Part shown: piece by piece, positions 1-11,700 of the stretch
Position numbering within the stretch: position 1 is the first letter of the stretch
Layout of the letters: every line of letters begins with the position of its first letter
Assembly (NCBI GenBank): GCA_030704615.1
Contig: CM060731.1
Coordinates: 67,766,001-67,830,000, forward strand
DNA: 64,000 bases
Direction of reading: 5' to 3'
DNA from: Takakia lepidozioides
Lineage: Eukaryota > Plantae > Bryophyta
Made by a program: the position numbers and the translations under genes
Notes under the pieces: model-generated
What the model was told of the DNA's origin: nothing
Databases searched by the model: none
Seen by the model: only the letters and a program-made list of their open reading frames with translations

Positions 1-2659
1 TGGTGGGGGGCTGACAGCAGCAAGTGTTGGTGCTCTCAGCACCCACCCACCCACCACCCCCACCCCCCTTCCCCTTCTTTTCATTTTTTGCTTATCAGCA
101 GAGAGAGAAAGGGGGAGACAAAGATAGAGAGACATAAAGATAGAGGGAGAGGAAGAGAGGGGAAGGGGGAGGGTCAGGCCTTGTTGGTTTTTGGCATGTG
201 AAATCACACGGCAGTAGTGTTGTGGGCGCAGGGATAAGCTGGTAGTATGGCGAAGGACAAGGAGAAGGCGCCGCCGAAGGAGCAGAAATCGTCTGCCGCT
301 AAGGTAGGGAAGCTTGACAACCCTCCCGTCATTGACGACCGTGTGACACGGTCCACTTGGTCCAAACTCACCAGCCCTATAGGCGGCTATGTGAGAGGAC
401 CAAGCCGTAAGGCCGTCGAGGCCTCCACGGCCTCGAAGGTTGAGGCTGGGGTGAGCCTTCAGTTGAGGGTGGTGCACCCAATGTTCAGGCTGGGACGCCA
501 CCCCACGGGCTGATGGAGGGCCCTGACTTTTACACGGGGCAGCGCATTCTCAGATCTGCCGCCAGGTATGGACAACTTGATCTTAGCCCCACCGCCAATG
601 CTTTTTCCCCTTCTTCTGCAACCAAGAGGGCTTATAAGGGGGGGGGCTCAGAAGGGGGTGGGTTCCTCCTCACCTTGGGAGAAGAGGGAGGCTTCAAAGG
701 AGGCCGCAATGAGGTGGAAGGAGGAGGAAATGAAGAGGGAAGAGGGAAATAAGGGGGCACGGGAAAGGGAGGGGGAAGAGGAGAGGGTGACATTGGCTAT
801 GGAGGGCCCCTAGTCCGTCGCCTGAACGGTCAATGAAGAAGACCCTGGACTTTGGGGCGCCGCCTGCGAGCCTATTGGGTGCATGGGATAGGCTTCCACC
901 CTTATTCCGAGAGGGCCTTTATGGGGGGTGCACCACAAGCGGGGACCGAGGGCAACATTGAGGTCATGGACACAAATGTGAGCCTCTTTCCTTCACCTTT
1001 TTTTCTTTCCTTTGCCTTTCATTCTGGTTTGTTTCTAATTTTGTGGGTTTTGTGTTCAGGAGCTTGGCGCATTCGTGGCTAAGCTTGTGGCAAGTAGTGG
1101 GACTGCCACCGACAAAGCAGGGACAGTGGTGGTGCCTACCCGTGGGGACGGTAAGAGGAAGAGGAAAAGACGTCGTGTCCTCGAGGTTCCCCTAATCATC
1201 AAGGAGGGTAGGGAAGTAGTGGAGGGGAAGGGGAAAGAACAGGCCCAGGAGAGGGAGCGTAAGAGAAAGAGGCGTAGAATGAGAGAGGTGCAGCCGGGGG
1301 AGGGCACTAGCACTAGTACAAAAAACGGGTTTCATGACACTTTTTTTTATTGTTTTCATGACTCTTTTGGTCATTTTGACTCATTTTTTATTCTTTTGCA
1401 AAGAGTCATGCAGACCGTGTCGTTACGATGACTCTAATATCCGTGTCGTGAATATGACTCTGGGTGATATCCCCTTGTGAGCAATATACATGACCCTGGA
1501 TTTCGTCACGTCCGTGACTGTTTTCTAGCAACACGCGGCTCTCCCCGGATTGCGACGTGTCAATTTCAGATGATGACAGGTGTAGGGACGACGTTATCTC
1601 GCACGCATGCCACAACGGGCCACGTGTTCATGTTGAGCGATACCACATGTTGAAATCTAGCAACTTTTAGAGAGTCATAAATCTGACTGTGGATGCGTTC
1701 GTGCCTGGACACGTGGCGCTCTTTGTATGGTATCAGGTAGGAGTGGGAAATTATCCTGGTCATAAGCATGACCATTTTATAACTTTAGGTGGTCGTGTAT
1801 TTGACTCAAGTCTCATTGAATGGCTACGTGGCGCATAATGTATGGTATGAATTTGAAATGTGAAAGGTATTTGAGTCATGAGTATGACCTCATTGGTTTG
1901 AGTTCATGAGTATGACTAGACACGTGTCACGCTTTGCATGGCTGTTGGTGCCTAGTTGAGTCATGGGCATGACCCATCTCTACTCCACATGTAGTATTCT
2001 AACTGGATGGAATTTGTAATATTTACCTTAATAGTACATTTTTTTCTGTTTATTTTTATTTTGTATTTTATTTATTTTCAAATTAGAGTGGATAGTGGTT
2101 TAATTTGTATTATATGTTTACTGAATTAGTATATTTATATGTATTCAAATATAATACCATTTATATGTAATTTATAAAATGAGAATATATCATTTTGCAC
2201 AAATACACGGTGTCACGAGCCAATTGGGTAAAAAAGAGATTCGACAATTGATGGAAAATGTGATAAGAAGACAATGGTTTGTTTCAAGTCTGTACAGTGC
2301 CTCCAGATCAACAAAAAAGTGGAGAGTTCAAAGAATCTAATCTCTCAACGGTAGCCCAAGTACCCAACTACCCACTACACATATATGAATCCAAAAATGT
2401 GACAAACCGAGCACCTTCCTCCTCGTTGATTGTCCATAGCATGCCTCCTTCTACCCCATCACCTTCTGCCTCATTCCTTACAAGAGATCATGATCGCATG
2501 TCCTGCCGTGAATGCACACATGTATAAACAGATCAACGACACTAGCTGAGAAGAGGTTGTTGGTTTCAATCCACTGGTTCGTGTAAGTACTACATGAGAT
2601 CTATTTAGCTAATCACTCAAGGGTAACCACATGTCAAAGTAAGAGCATTACCTCTAAAA

Positions 2660-2960
2660 TCACCGTTGAGGCAGCACTTTCAGCAGCTTATCACTCCACA
2701 CTGTGACAGAGTCCAGAGTGTGACCAAGTTCTGTGTGGGCTGGCCGTACTGAAGTATTGAAGTATGCAAGCGGGGTGCTGGCCATGCATACTTCATCCAC
2801 ACGTACAGCCACGTACCCAATAGGTATAGATGGGTATCCCTCTGGGGGTGTACTGCCCTGCAAACCCATCACCAAACCACTACCTACTTTGGCTTTTGAT
2901 AGGGCATCCAAAAGCCACACTCGATGGCCTTTAATCACCTGCCACAAACCACAAGCAGTG
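2660..2960 (-). pseudogene. CACTA-associated Tnp1/En-Spm-like (Transposase_23/DUF8039-type) domain
   Basis: Translation KVGSGLVMG...PSIPIGYVAVRVDEV...TELGHTLDSVTVWS fits the VAxGxV..PIPxGYxxVxVDxV..TLGxxxxxxxxW pattern of CACTA accessory proteins; recognised by eye. Confidence 0.6.
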
Positions 2961-3589
2961 TCAGTTAAAAATGAGTCCCATATTTCACAGGTTTGAACCG
3001 AGTCACATGCAACCAGTGCAATCATGAGAAGATGATAGGGGTGTATAGTTTTTCTCACCCCATTTTGCTCCGAGGGTGTTGGAATAACGATCTTCTGAGC
3101 TGGTGTTGTTTTCAATAGGACAGCTTGCTTTCTATGTCCAACCTGCAACAACGTGGGGAAATCGCAAACATAAAGGAGATCAGACCACTGCCAGGTGTTT
3201 TTTGCTTTACCCGTGTCATGCTACGGGGGTTGCATCCACAATGTGCCATGCTGTGCCCTTCAACCTCATGCCAACTATGTGTCAAGAAAGAATTGAACTC
3301 CCACAGGTAAATGATTATAGTCCTCATAACTGTAAGCACAAAAAAAATAAGAGATCTTACGATATTTTTCTCCAAGGCAGTGTTTGCTGCGCCCGAAACC
3401 CTCGCTGTCACTAGCTTTCTGCGACCATGCGGCTGATATTGCATTGTACAACAACGATATGTCAAATAGCTGTTCACAATACTGACAATGACAAACACTA
3501 TCGTCAAATGTCCACAAACCTATGACTAACATAAGATATTAACATTCACTAATGCAAGGTGAGGGCCAGAGTGTACCTCTCTGGCCACG

Positions 3590-4214
3590 CCTTCAGCCTC
3601 TGTAGTAATAGGTCCCTGTCCATATCCCCCTGTTGTGCGTATGAATTCGGGCACATTGGGGGACTATGCCAGTCTTTCGAGGTAGGGCCACACACTGTCC
3701 AACAACCCAGTGTCAGCAACCCCTGTGTCAGGTGTCCATGAAACTGGATAAACCCCAGAGTAGGCGGGATTGCGCATCCCCTTGTAAGGATTGTCGTTAA
3801 TTAAGACAGTGTTTCGGGCCGACCACTGTGGCATTGCCTTCCACACCTTCTCCAAGCATTTGTAAAAAATAGGCTTTGATGAGGACTGCATGTTTTCCCC
3901 TTCCTCACGTTCACAGTGGGACTGATCCCATACAAACTGAAGCCTTGTAACTTGCGCCCTAAATATCCAATCGACGGCTGCCCGGACATTGTGAATTTGT
4001 GCAGAGGACAAATAGCCAATTCAAAGACTTTCAAACAATTTGCAATAAATTCACAACACCCTGGTCTTAACATCACGAGATTTGAACCACATTTCTTGGA
4101 CACAATTCCTTTTGGGACAGAAAGAACATGGTGAGTGGCATCGCACAACAATCCACTCAAGTCCAAAATCAATAGATGTTTGGGTGTAGGAGGATCAAAT
4201 TGTGTAGGTAACAT
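3590..4214 (-). pseudogene. FCP1-homology / NIF-family HAD phosphatase-like pseudogene inside the CACTA element
   Basis: LLILDLSGLL, RPGCCEFI, FVWDQSHC, KPIFYKCLEKVW, NTVLINDNPYKGMRNP, YLERLA, GYGQGPIT in the order typical of plant FCP1-like proteins. One frameshift near 4012 and a stop at 3664-3666. Confidence 0.8.
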
Positions 4215-5069
4215 GCCCCGACCCTTGCTCGATGAAGTAGGTGATCCACGATCACTATCAACTGGGTCTCCGATGCCGTTGACTTCTCACACTGGAGAAG
4301 GTGACCGCATGGACTGTGAACCCTCCACGTTCAGTACTGGTTTACTGCCAACCGCCTCAATCATGTTAAAACGTGAGTCCAGACGAGTTGACACGGTAGG
4401 GACATGTGTAGCTCTATCTACCACGATAGATGAGCCTGCACGTGTGTTGCCATCGGAACAAGGATAACATAGCCAACATCTATGCCATTTATGGGGTTGT
4501 CACTTTGTACTTGAGCACGCCCAGTGAGTGATTGCGTACCAGCCTTTTTTTTTTTTCATTTCTGCCTAGGCGTGGACATGGCCAATGTTTTTTGGGATTG
4601 AGTGCATAGGTGGCAACTAGTACAATGTCCACTTGGATCCTACCTGGCTAGAGGTATGCTAGTATGACGCCCTTTTTGTTTAAAAATAAATAAATAAAAT
4701 ATGTTGAAATAGACAATCAATTACAACCGCGCAGCAACCACCAAACACAGCTCCAGACTTGCAATTGGGAGCAGTTGCAAGACCCCAGAGACTGTATCGG
4801 TTGGTACCCACACGAGAACAAGAGGAGAGTGAGCAGCTTGGAACTGATGAGGTATGCTATATATTGTGCAATATGGTGATTTCTTCAGAACTTATATATT
4901 ACACAGGCGACACATCTGGAAATGGAGGCAGAAATAGGTGGCGAAACTAGCCCATGCCTATGCCCGGACTGCCGTGACAGGTGTGCAGGTGGCAAAATCC
5001 TGCAGGAGCCCTTTTAATTAGGGCGCAATGGAACCCAGTTCCCAGGCGAGAAGGGTCACCTTCCATGGT

Positions 5070-5940
5070 TGTTTTTTTTTTTTTGGGTAAACAGGGGTAA
5101 CGGCCCTGACAACTTTATTTGGAATTATTTGAAGGGAAAAAATTAAACCCTTTACATGCCCGAAGGCTGCCATGAGGCCTAACACACGACAAGTCATGGA
5201 GGAGAATCTTGGGAACAGTGGACCTGAGACAGTCGTCCTCCTCTATCCAAGTAGAATTAAGGAATGATAAGCATTGATAAGCATTGAGCGATGGTGGGGG
5301 ATGCCCTCGAATAACCCTAGATTAGGGGGAGCCAGGTATAGATGCAGGGCACAGTGGCCAACTAGAAACCAGTGAGAAGCCCATCTATCTACCGGTGAAA
5401 ATGAAGCTTGGACTTAACAAACTGCTTGATGTGCTCCTAGTTTCGATTTGATCTTTCAAAGTCAGGGGAAACAGAAGAGGGGGGCTCTTCACTGCTGCCA
5501 GATATGGGAAATAGTGCTTGCCCATAAACAAACCATTTAAAAAGTTGTTGTAACTCCTGTGCGTCAAAATCTTATAATTGCAGTTCATTGTCAAGAATGT
5601 GAGCTATAGCCGTAAGCACCGACATTTGAACTCTATACTTCGGAGCCAATGCGATGACCACATGCTGTGGCAACACCCTCCCCTACTGGACTCATGGAGG
5701 ACAAAATGTCTTCAAGTTTTTTACCCGACCTCTGTCTGACCCCAGAGATCCATTCTTTGACAATCTCACAAAAAAAGTAAGCATAATGTCCCCAGATTGA
5801 GAAAGATTGAAAAAGGCATGCCAAGGTTGTAGATATTGCACCCATTTTGCCAGCCATCTAATTTCTGAGTAGCCCTGACCAACAAGAGCCGCCATGCAAT
5901 TGTTCCCAAGCTTCATTTTTCTTCTTGGTCATGGATGACT
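5070..5940 (-). mobile_element. L1-like LINE 3' fragment
   Basis: Poly(T) at ~5072-5084 on +. The adjacent ~75 bp (gggtaaacagggg...aactttatt...gggaaaaaaattaaaccct) closely resembles the 3' end of the L1 at 37.9-38.0 kb. Decayed ORF remnants lie upstream on -. Confidence 0.55.
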
Positions 5941-6440
5941 GTTGAGGGCATATGGCACCCTTTGGGATTTAACTCTTTTTTTCCCCTTCAATAATTTAAT
6001 TAGATACAATATGTTTATTTGGCTAAAAAAAATGTGACATTTTGGCTAAAATATATTAGGCCAAATTTGTCGACGTGGCCTTCTGTCTTGCTGAGAAAAA
6101 AAAACTTGGCACTAGCTGGCATCCAAATGAGCTTGCCGAGTAAGGGTTATAACCGAAGAGCTAGCGATTTAGCAATAATTTTATAAGAGTTTAACAGCGT
6201 GATAGGCCTTTAATTCGTCAATATCTCTCTGTCTCCTTTTTTGTGAATGAGGGCAATAACTCCCAGTGAGATTTGGGAGGGCATAATGTCTTTGGACAAG
6301 ACATCATTGGCCATCTTTATTATACTTCGACAAAACTTGGACGATACCCCCATACAAAATTCAAGATTGCACTATCATTATGTGGGACTACGGATTTTGT
6401 TTTTGTCTAGGGACTCATAAACCAATATTTACTCTTTTTA

Positions 6441-6443
<3 letters not shown>

Positions 6444-6483
<40 letters not shown>
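6444..6483. repeat. (TA)n microsatellite
   Basis: About 20 TA units read directly. Confidence 0.95.
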
Positions 6484-6487
<4 letters not shown>

Positions 6488-6769
6488 CTTTAAAAAAAGA
6501 ACAGGGGATGAAAACTACCTAGTAGTGTATTATATCATCATCCACAGATAATAATTTATACAATATTTGTAATTAAAAAATGATGACGTTCTTCCTAGAG
6601 AAGCATGATAAATTATGGTATCTTTAAGTTCATCTCAAGGGATTATTGTTTCGATTTTGTGTTCATTTTTTTAATTACTTAGATATTTATAATTTCTTTT
6701 CCAATAAAATCAGGGCAGCTAGCACTAGCTATCCATTTTTGTAATTAGGGTACAGTCATTACCCGATTA

Positions 6770-6985
6770 GCTGTTTGTTTTTTTTTCTGTTTTGTTTGTC
6801 ACATTTTCCAAACCGCAAGGCCTCCGGACCGGGTTTTTAATTCTGCTGGAAAGCCCTCAATGCACCCCCTACTCATTGAGGGCTTTCCAGCGAACCCCAG
6901 AGAAGGCTTGTGGTTTGGAAGATCTCAACCTCAACGTGACAAACCCAAAAAACAATAAAACACATTAAGAAAACAAACAAACAAA
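6770..6985. repeat. Foldback / MITE-like long inverted repeat upstream of NOV
   Basis: Perfect 18-bp IR gctggaaagccctcaatg (6845-6862) / cattgagggctttccagc (6874-6891), nested in imperfect outer arms (tttgtcac...ttccaaaccgcaag vs cttgtggtttggaa...gtgacaaa). Confidence 0.7.
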
Positions 6986-7482
6986 TTGATATGCTCAACG
7001 CCAATGAATGATATTCCCCTTTAAAAAAAGAAAAAAAAAAGAAGAAAAAGATATCCCAGACTAAGTCTGAGGTCTCCCTTCAATTTGTTTTTTACAAAGA
7101 AAAGTTAAAAAAGTAATAAAAAAGAAAAGTAATGGGGGTAATAATATGAAAGGCGGCTCCAGCCACTGTGTCATAAACCCTGCATAAACCCAGACTGCTG
7201 GATTCTTTGGACACAGATCTTTGCAATCTTGGTTACCTACCTCGGAGGATCTGGACACTCTTCGTGTGTGTGTGCTGCAGACGACACTGGCACTGCTTCA
7301 GATTAGATTGCATGGAGAGCTATCAACAGACAGATTTCATGGGAATGCTTGAGCGGATTTCGGTTAGCGAGTTTTCCCTTCAACTTTCTCAGTGCAAGAA
7401 TTTGACAGAGATCTGTCGGAGAGGTGAGAAGGAAGTTTGTCAAGGTGGAGTGCAGTAAAGCGGGTGTCTGTTGCTGTCTGCA

Positions 7483-8217
7483 ATGAATCAGGGTGGGGGT
7501 GGACCGTTCCAGGTCCCTGGCTGGATAGCTCCTTTGGTCGGAACCCCTCCACCGGGAGCTCCATATGCTGTCCGCAATTATCAGGGGGCAGCAACACCAG
7601 TCATGGGTTGGCCTGGAGGCGGCCTTGTATACCCCCAACTGGATGCAAGAGTTCTTCATGGGCAAGGGCGGGGATGGCCTCTTCAGCAATCAGGAAGCGG
7701 TCGAATTGCTCAAGGGGGGGCATGGAGCGAAATGCATCAGCCAGAAAATATGGCTACCAGTTCAAATTCTCTTGTAGGAGCAGGCCCAGGTGGGAATTCT
7801 CTAGGGTTACCATCTTCCCCAGCAACACCCTCCAGCAGTGGTGTATTTCAGTCTCCCTCCCCTCTCTTTTCTCCCAAAGTTTCGACGGTGGGTCACAGGA
7901 CAGGTGCATTCGTCCAGGGAGCCAGCAGGGGAACATTTGCTTCCCCCATCGAGCCTGGGTTCGTGTTTGGGAGAGGAGGAGACAGGTCTGAGGGACACGC
8001 ACTCGGCCCTACAAGTGAGTATAACGGGAAATTAAAGGTCGCAGATAACGCTGCGGTACGTGTGTACAATGAAGCATTGGCAGAAGGGAAGAATATTACT
8101 GTGTCCAAAATTTGCCAGGCCACCATGTCAGTGCTGGGGGTTTCATCGTTTGAGTCCCTGGGATTTCGAATGCAAGATGTTCCGTGCCTGCGAAAGTTGG
8201 CGCTTGCAGAAGGCAAG
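7483..8217 (+). CDS. NOV: NOV exon 1
   Basis: ATG at 7483; SFESLGFRMQDVPCLR..EGK then donor gtgcgt. Confidence 0.8.
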
Positions 8218-8695
8218 GTGCGTAGTATATTCCTGCCCTCCCAACACTCAAACGCTAGCGATGGATTGGTCTAGGGCGACATGAGTGAGAAGATTCCAGA
8301 TCGTATGGAGGTGTCCAAGTGTTAGGTACAGACCACAAGTGTAAACTGGTCAAAGTAGTTCTCTAAATATGCCAGCAGTATCTGCAAGTACTCCGGAGCT
8401 TCTGGCATCCCAGAAATTGCAGAAAATTTTGTAGAGGATGTTCCATCTTTCATGATGTTGTCGGAGGGAAAGGAAACTGATTCTCATTGAATACAATCAA
8501 CTGAATTTTTCCCAGCCAACTACCTCCTTTTGAGTTTGCAGCTTGGGTAGGACAGTGGTAGAGAGAGTGACAGAGGGCCTCAATTCTGCAGAAGGAGAGT
8601 TTTGAGACCACTTAACCTAAATATGCCACCCCCCAAAAGGAGCTTGTCTGGAATGCAGGAACTTCTGTAGATTGCATCGATTTTAGGCTAGTATG

Positions 8696-8736
<41 letters not shown>

Positions 8737-11700
8737 TGAGAGAGAGTGTGGGTAGACCCTTGAGGTCATCCAAGATGTCCTCCCCCATGTCACAGACTGG
8801 AAACAAGTTCAGGGAAGTTTTCTGCCTAACTTCATTTTCATCAGACAATCTCATGGCAACAGACATGGCTGAGGACACTACAGCCTCTAAGTCAGATTTA
8901 TCCAGCAGGGTCAAGACTTGCGGATCCAGGTCCAGGTCCTTGAGGATCTCTTCTACTCTCTTCTGCCAGGACTTAGCCTGTTTGACAGGGCGGTCCTGTT
9001 TCCAAGATATAGAGTCGATTAACTTAGGATATCTGGTGCTGGGCATATGTTGCAGCTGACCCCACCATCTGACCTTGAATTCATCTCGTCGGGAGCTTAA
9101 GGACGGAATGCCAAACTCACCCCGAACAGCCACATTGGCTGTTTTGGAGCATGCTGACATACACTCCTTAAGCACCCCCACTTGAATGGATTCTAGAGAC
9201 TTAGCCTGGTTGGAGTTATCAACCCATATAGCAGATCCGTACTCCAAGGCAGGTCTAATAACGCGACAAAGCATGGTTTTCTTAACCTCAGAGTTGACCC
9301 CTCTGCAGTGGAAAAATTTAGTGAGCCCCAGAGCTTTGCCCTTGCCAGTTTGAACAACTTTCCGGATATGTGCATCCCAATTACAATTGGAGGAGAACTC
9401 AACGCCCAGGTAAGTGCAGGAAGGGAGGACCGGGATCTCTTGGCTACCCCACTGCCACTTAAGATCACTTCCTCCCTCTCCTCTGTCGTTGAATGCTACC
9501 ACTGCACATTTGCTGACATTAGCCTCTAGCCCCCAAAGATCAAAGTATCTCTTCGCGCAATCAATCAACTCCTGGAGATTGGTTGGAGTCTCCCCTATGC
9601 CTGCGAAGTCATCCGCAAACATAAGGGCTGGTATGGTGGTATCACCCACCCTTAACCCAAATCCCTCACTTTCCACATCCTCGAGGAGTTGATTGATGAA
9701 AACATTGAAGAGCAGAGGGGAGAGAGTACATCCTTGAGCTACACCTTGGTCTATGTCAAAGAAGTTGGACTTCTGTCCGTTAACAGTGACACAGCTTTTG
9801 GTGTGAGCATACAAGTTGTGGACAACTTTCCACATCTTTCCCTTGATCCCACAAGACCAGAGGTGGAACCATAGGCCATCTCTCCACACTGTGTCATAAG
9901 CCTTTTTGACATCCAGGAAAAAGACATAAGCGGGTTTCCCTTCTTTTTTCCTTCCCTGGATAATCTGGCTTAGAGTGAAGATATGATCCACACAGCCCCT
10001 GTTTCGCCGAAAGCCAGCTTGGCCTTCGTGGAAACAACCTCTAGACTCCAGATCAACCTCGAGACGAGTACTTATAACTCTGCAGAATGTCTTGCCAACA
10101 GCATTGAGGAGCGTGATGCCACGGTAGTTCCCCGGTTCTTCTCTGTCACCCTTCTTGTATAGATTGACAATGACCCCCTGTCGCCAGCGAAAGGGGATCA
10201 TTTCAGTCTTCCAGATAAGGTTAAAGAGGAGAACTAGGGCCTCTATCATGGGATCGCCACCATGCTTGATAAGCTCGTTGACAATACCATCAGGTCCACC
10301 AGCTTTATATCCATTTAAATGTTCAATTGCTTCCACAATCTCAGAAGAACTAATGGGAGCATTATAAGCCATTGAAATATACTCCAGTTCATCAGGGCTG
10401 TTTTGAATCATAGGAACAGTTTTTCCAACTGTGTCCCTCCATTCAGCAGAAGACCCCTCACTGTTAGACCTAGAAGTTCTGCCAAGGATACTGTAGTGAG
10501 TTTCAAAGGTTTTGACAATGTCAACCGATGAAGTCACCACTGCACCTTTAGTAGTCTTCAGCGCTTGTACTTGCTGACCGTTTTTCGGCTTGTACAAACG
10601 TTGAAGGGCCAACCAGAATTTCTTGTCATTACCACCATGGTGGTTTGAGTTTATTTCACTGTATAACTTGTCCCAGTATAATTTCTTCTGAGACCTAACA
10701 AGCTGATTGATATCTTTACGGAGCTGGTAGTACCTCGTCCACAATTCTCTGTTGGTTTCCAAATTGCAGCACTCTTTATAGAGGGCTCGTCTCTCAGCTA
10801 TCTTGAGTTTAATCTCATTAGTCCACCAATTAACTGCTCTACCGCAGACAATTAGTTTCCTCCCAATGATCTTGTCAGCCACGGAGGAAACGAAACTCTC
10901 CCAAGAGTCCACTGCTCTTTCAACTTCATTTCTTGCGTTAACAGAGCGTGACTGAAGTTCTTGGAGCGATTGGACAAAATGAGGGAGAACCTCTTGCAAG
11001 GCCTGGACGTACTCAGCCTTGACCTCCTCATTGTGGAATTTTTCTATGCGCCACTTCCGAATCGAACGTTTCACAGATCTCTTGGTGGTGGGAAAACACC
11101 TTTTGATCTCAGTCCAAACCAGGAAGTGGTCAGAGGTACCAATATCAGTTCTGTCGATCAACACATTGGCACACTGGGGGAACAAAATTTTGTCCATTAT
11201 GATATAGTCCACAATGGAACGTTCCCCAGTTTGGGATTTCTCAAGAGTCCACTGCACTTGGTCACCTCTTGTCCTGTTATTCAAGGTCAAAAGCTGAAGC
11301 TCTTCTAGACAGTTAATTAACCGTCTGCCATTAGAATTCAGCTCGTCCTCACCAAAAGGTCCAATGATATCGTCCTGATGGATCCCTTTGCCCACCTGGG
11401 CATTGAAGTCCCCCAATAGTACCACCTGACCTTTGGCAAGGAACGAAGCACAGTCCAGCTTTACATCTTCGAAGGCCTTGTCTGCGTCAGCACTAAGGGT
11501 CCCCTCTGTGGGCATGTAAACACAACCAACAAAGAGGTCCTTTGTACTCATGCCGCCCTTCAAATTCAGTTTTAGCCAGATACTATGCTCGTACCTCAAA
11601 CCCTTGTTGATAATTTCACAATTGTCAAACAAGAAATCACGGACAAAGAATCCGACCCCTTTTTGACCGCGTTTGGCAGAGGCTGCCTTGAGAGTACACA

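Larger units (their letters stand above)
1311..4600 (-). mobile_element. CACTA (En/Spm) DNA transposon, one terminus plus internal coding remnants; other end not found
   Basis: CACTAGTACAAAAAACGGG at 1311, followed by ~650 bp of subterminal ATGACTC/GAGTCAT repeats in both orientations. A Tnp1/En-Spm-like domain lies internally on -. Right boundary is approximate. Confidence 0.75.

Noticed and set aside
6515-6530. Second CACTA terminus (tagtagtg)
   Set aside because: Does not match the 1311 TIR beyond 5 bp, and has no subterminal repeats or TSD.
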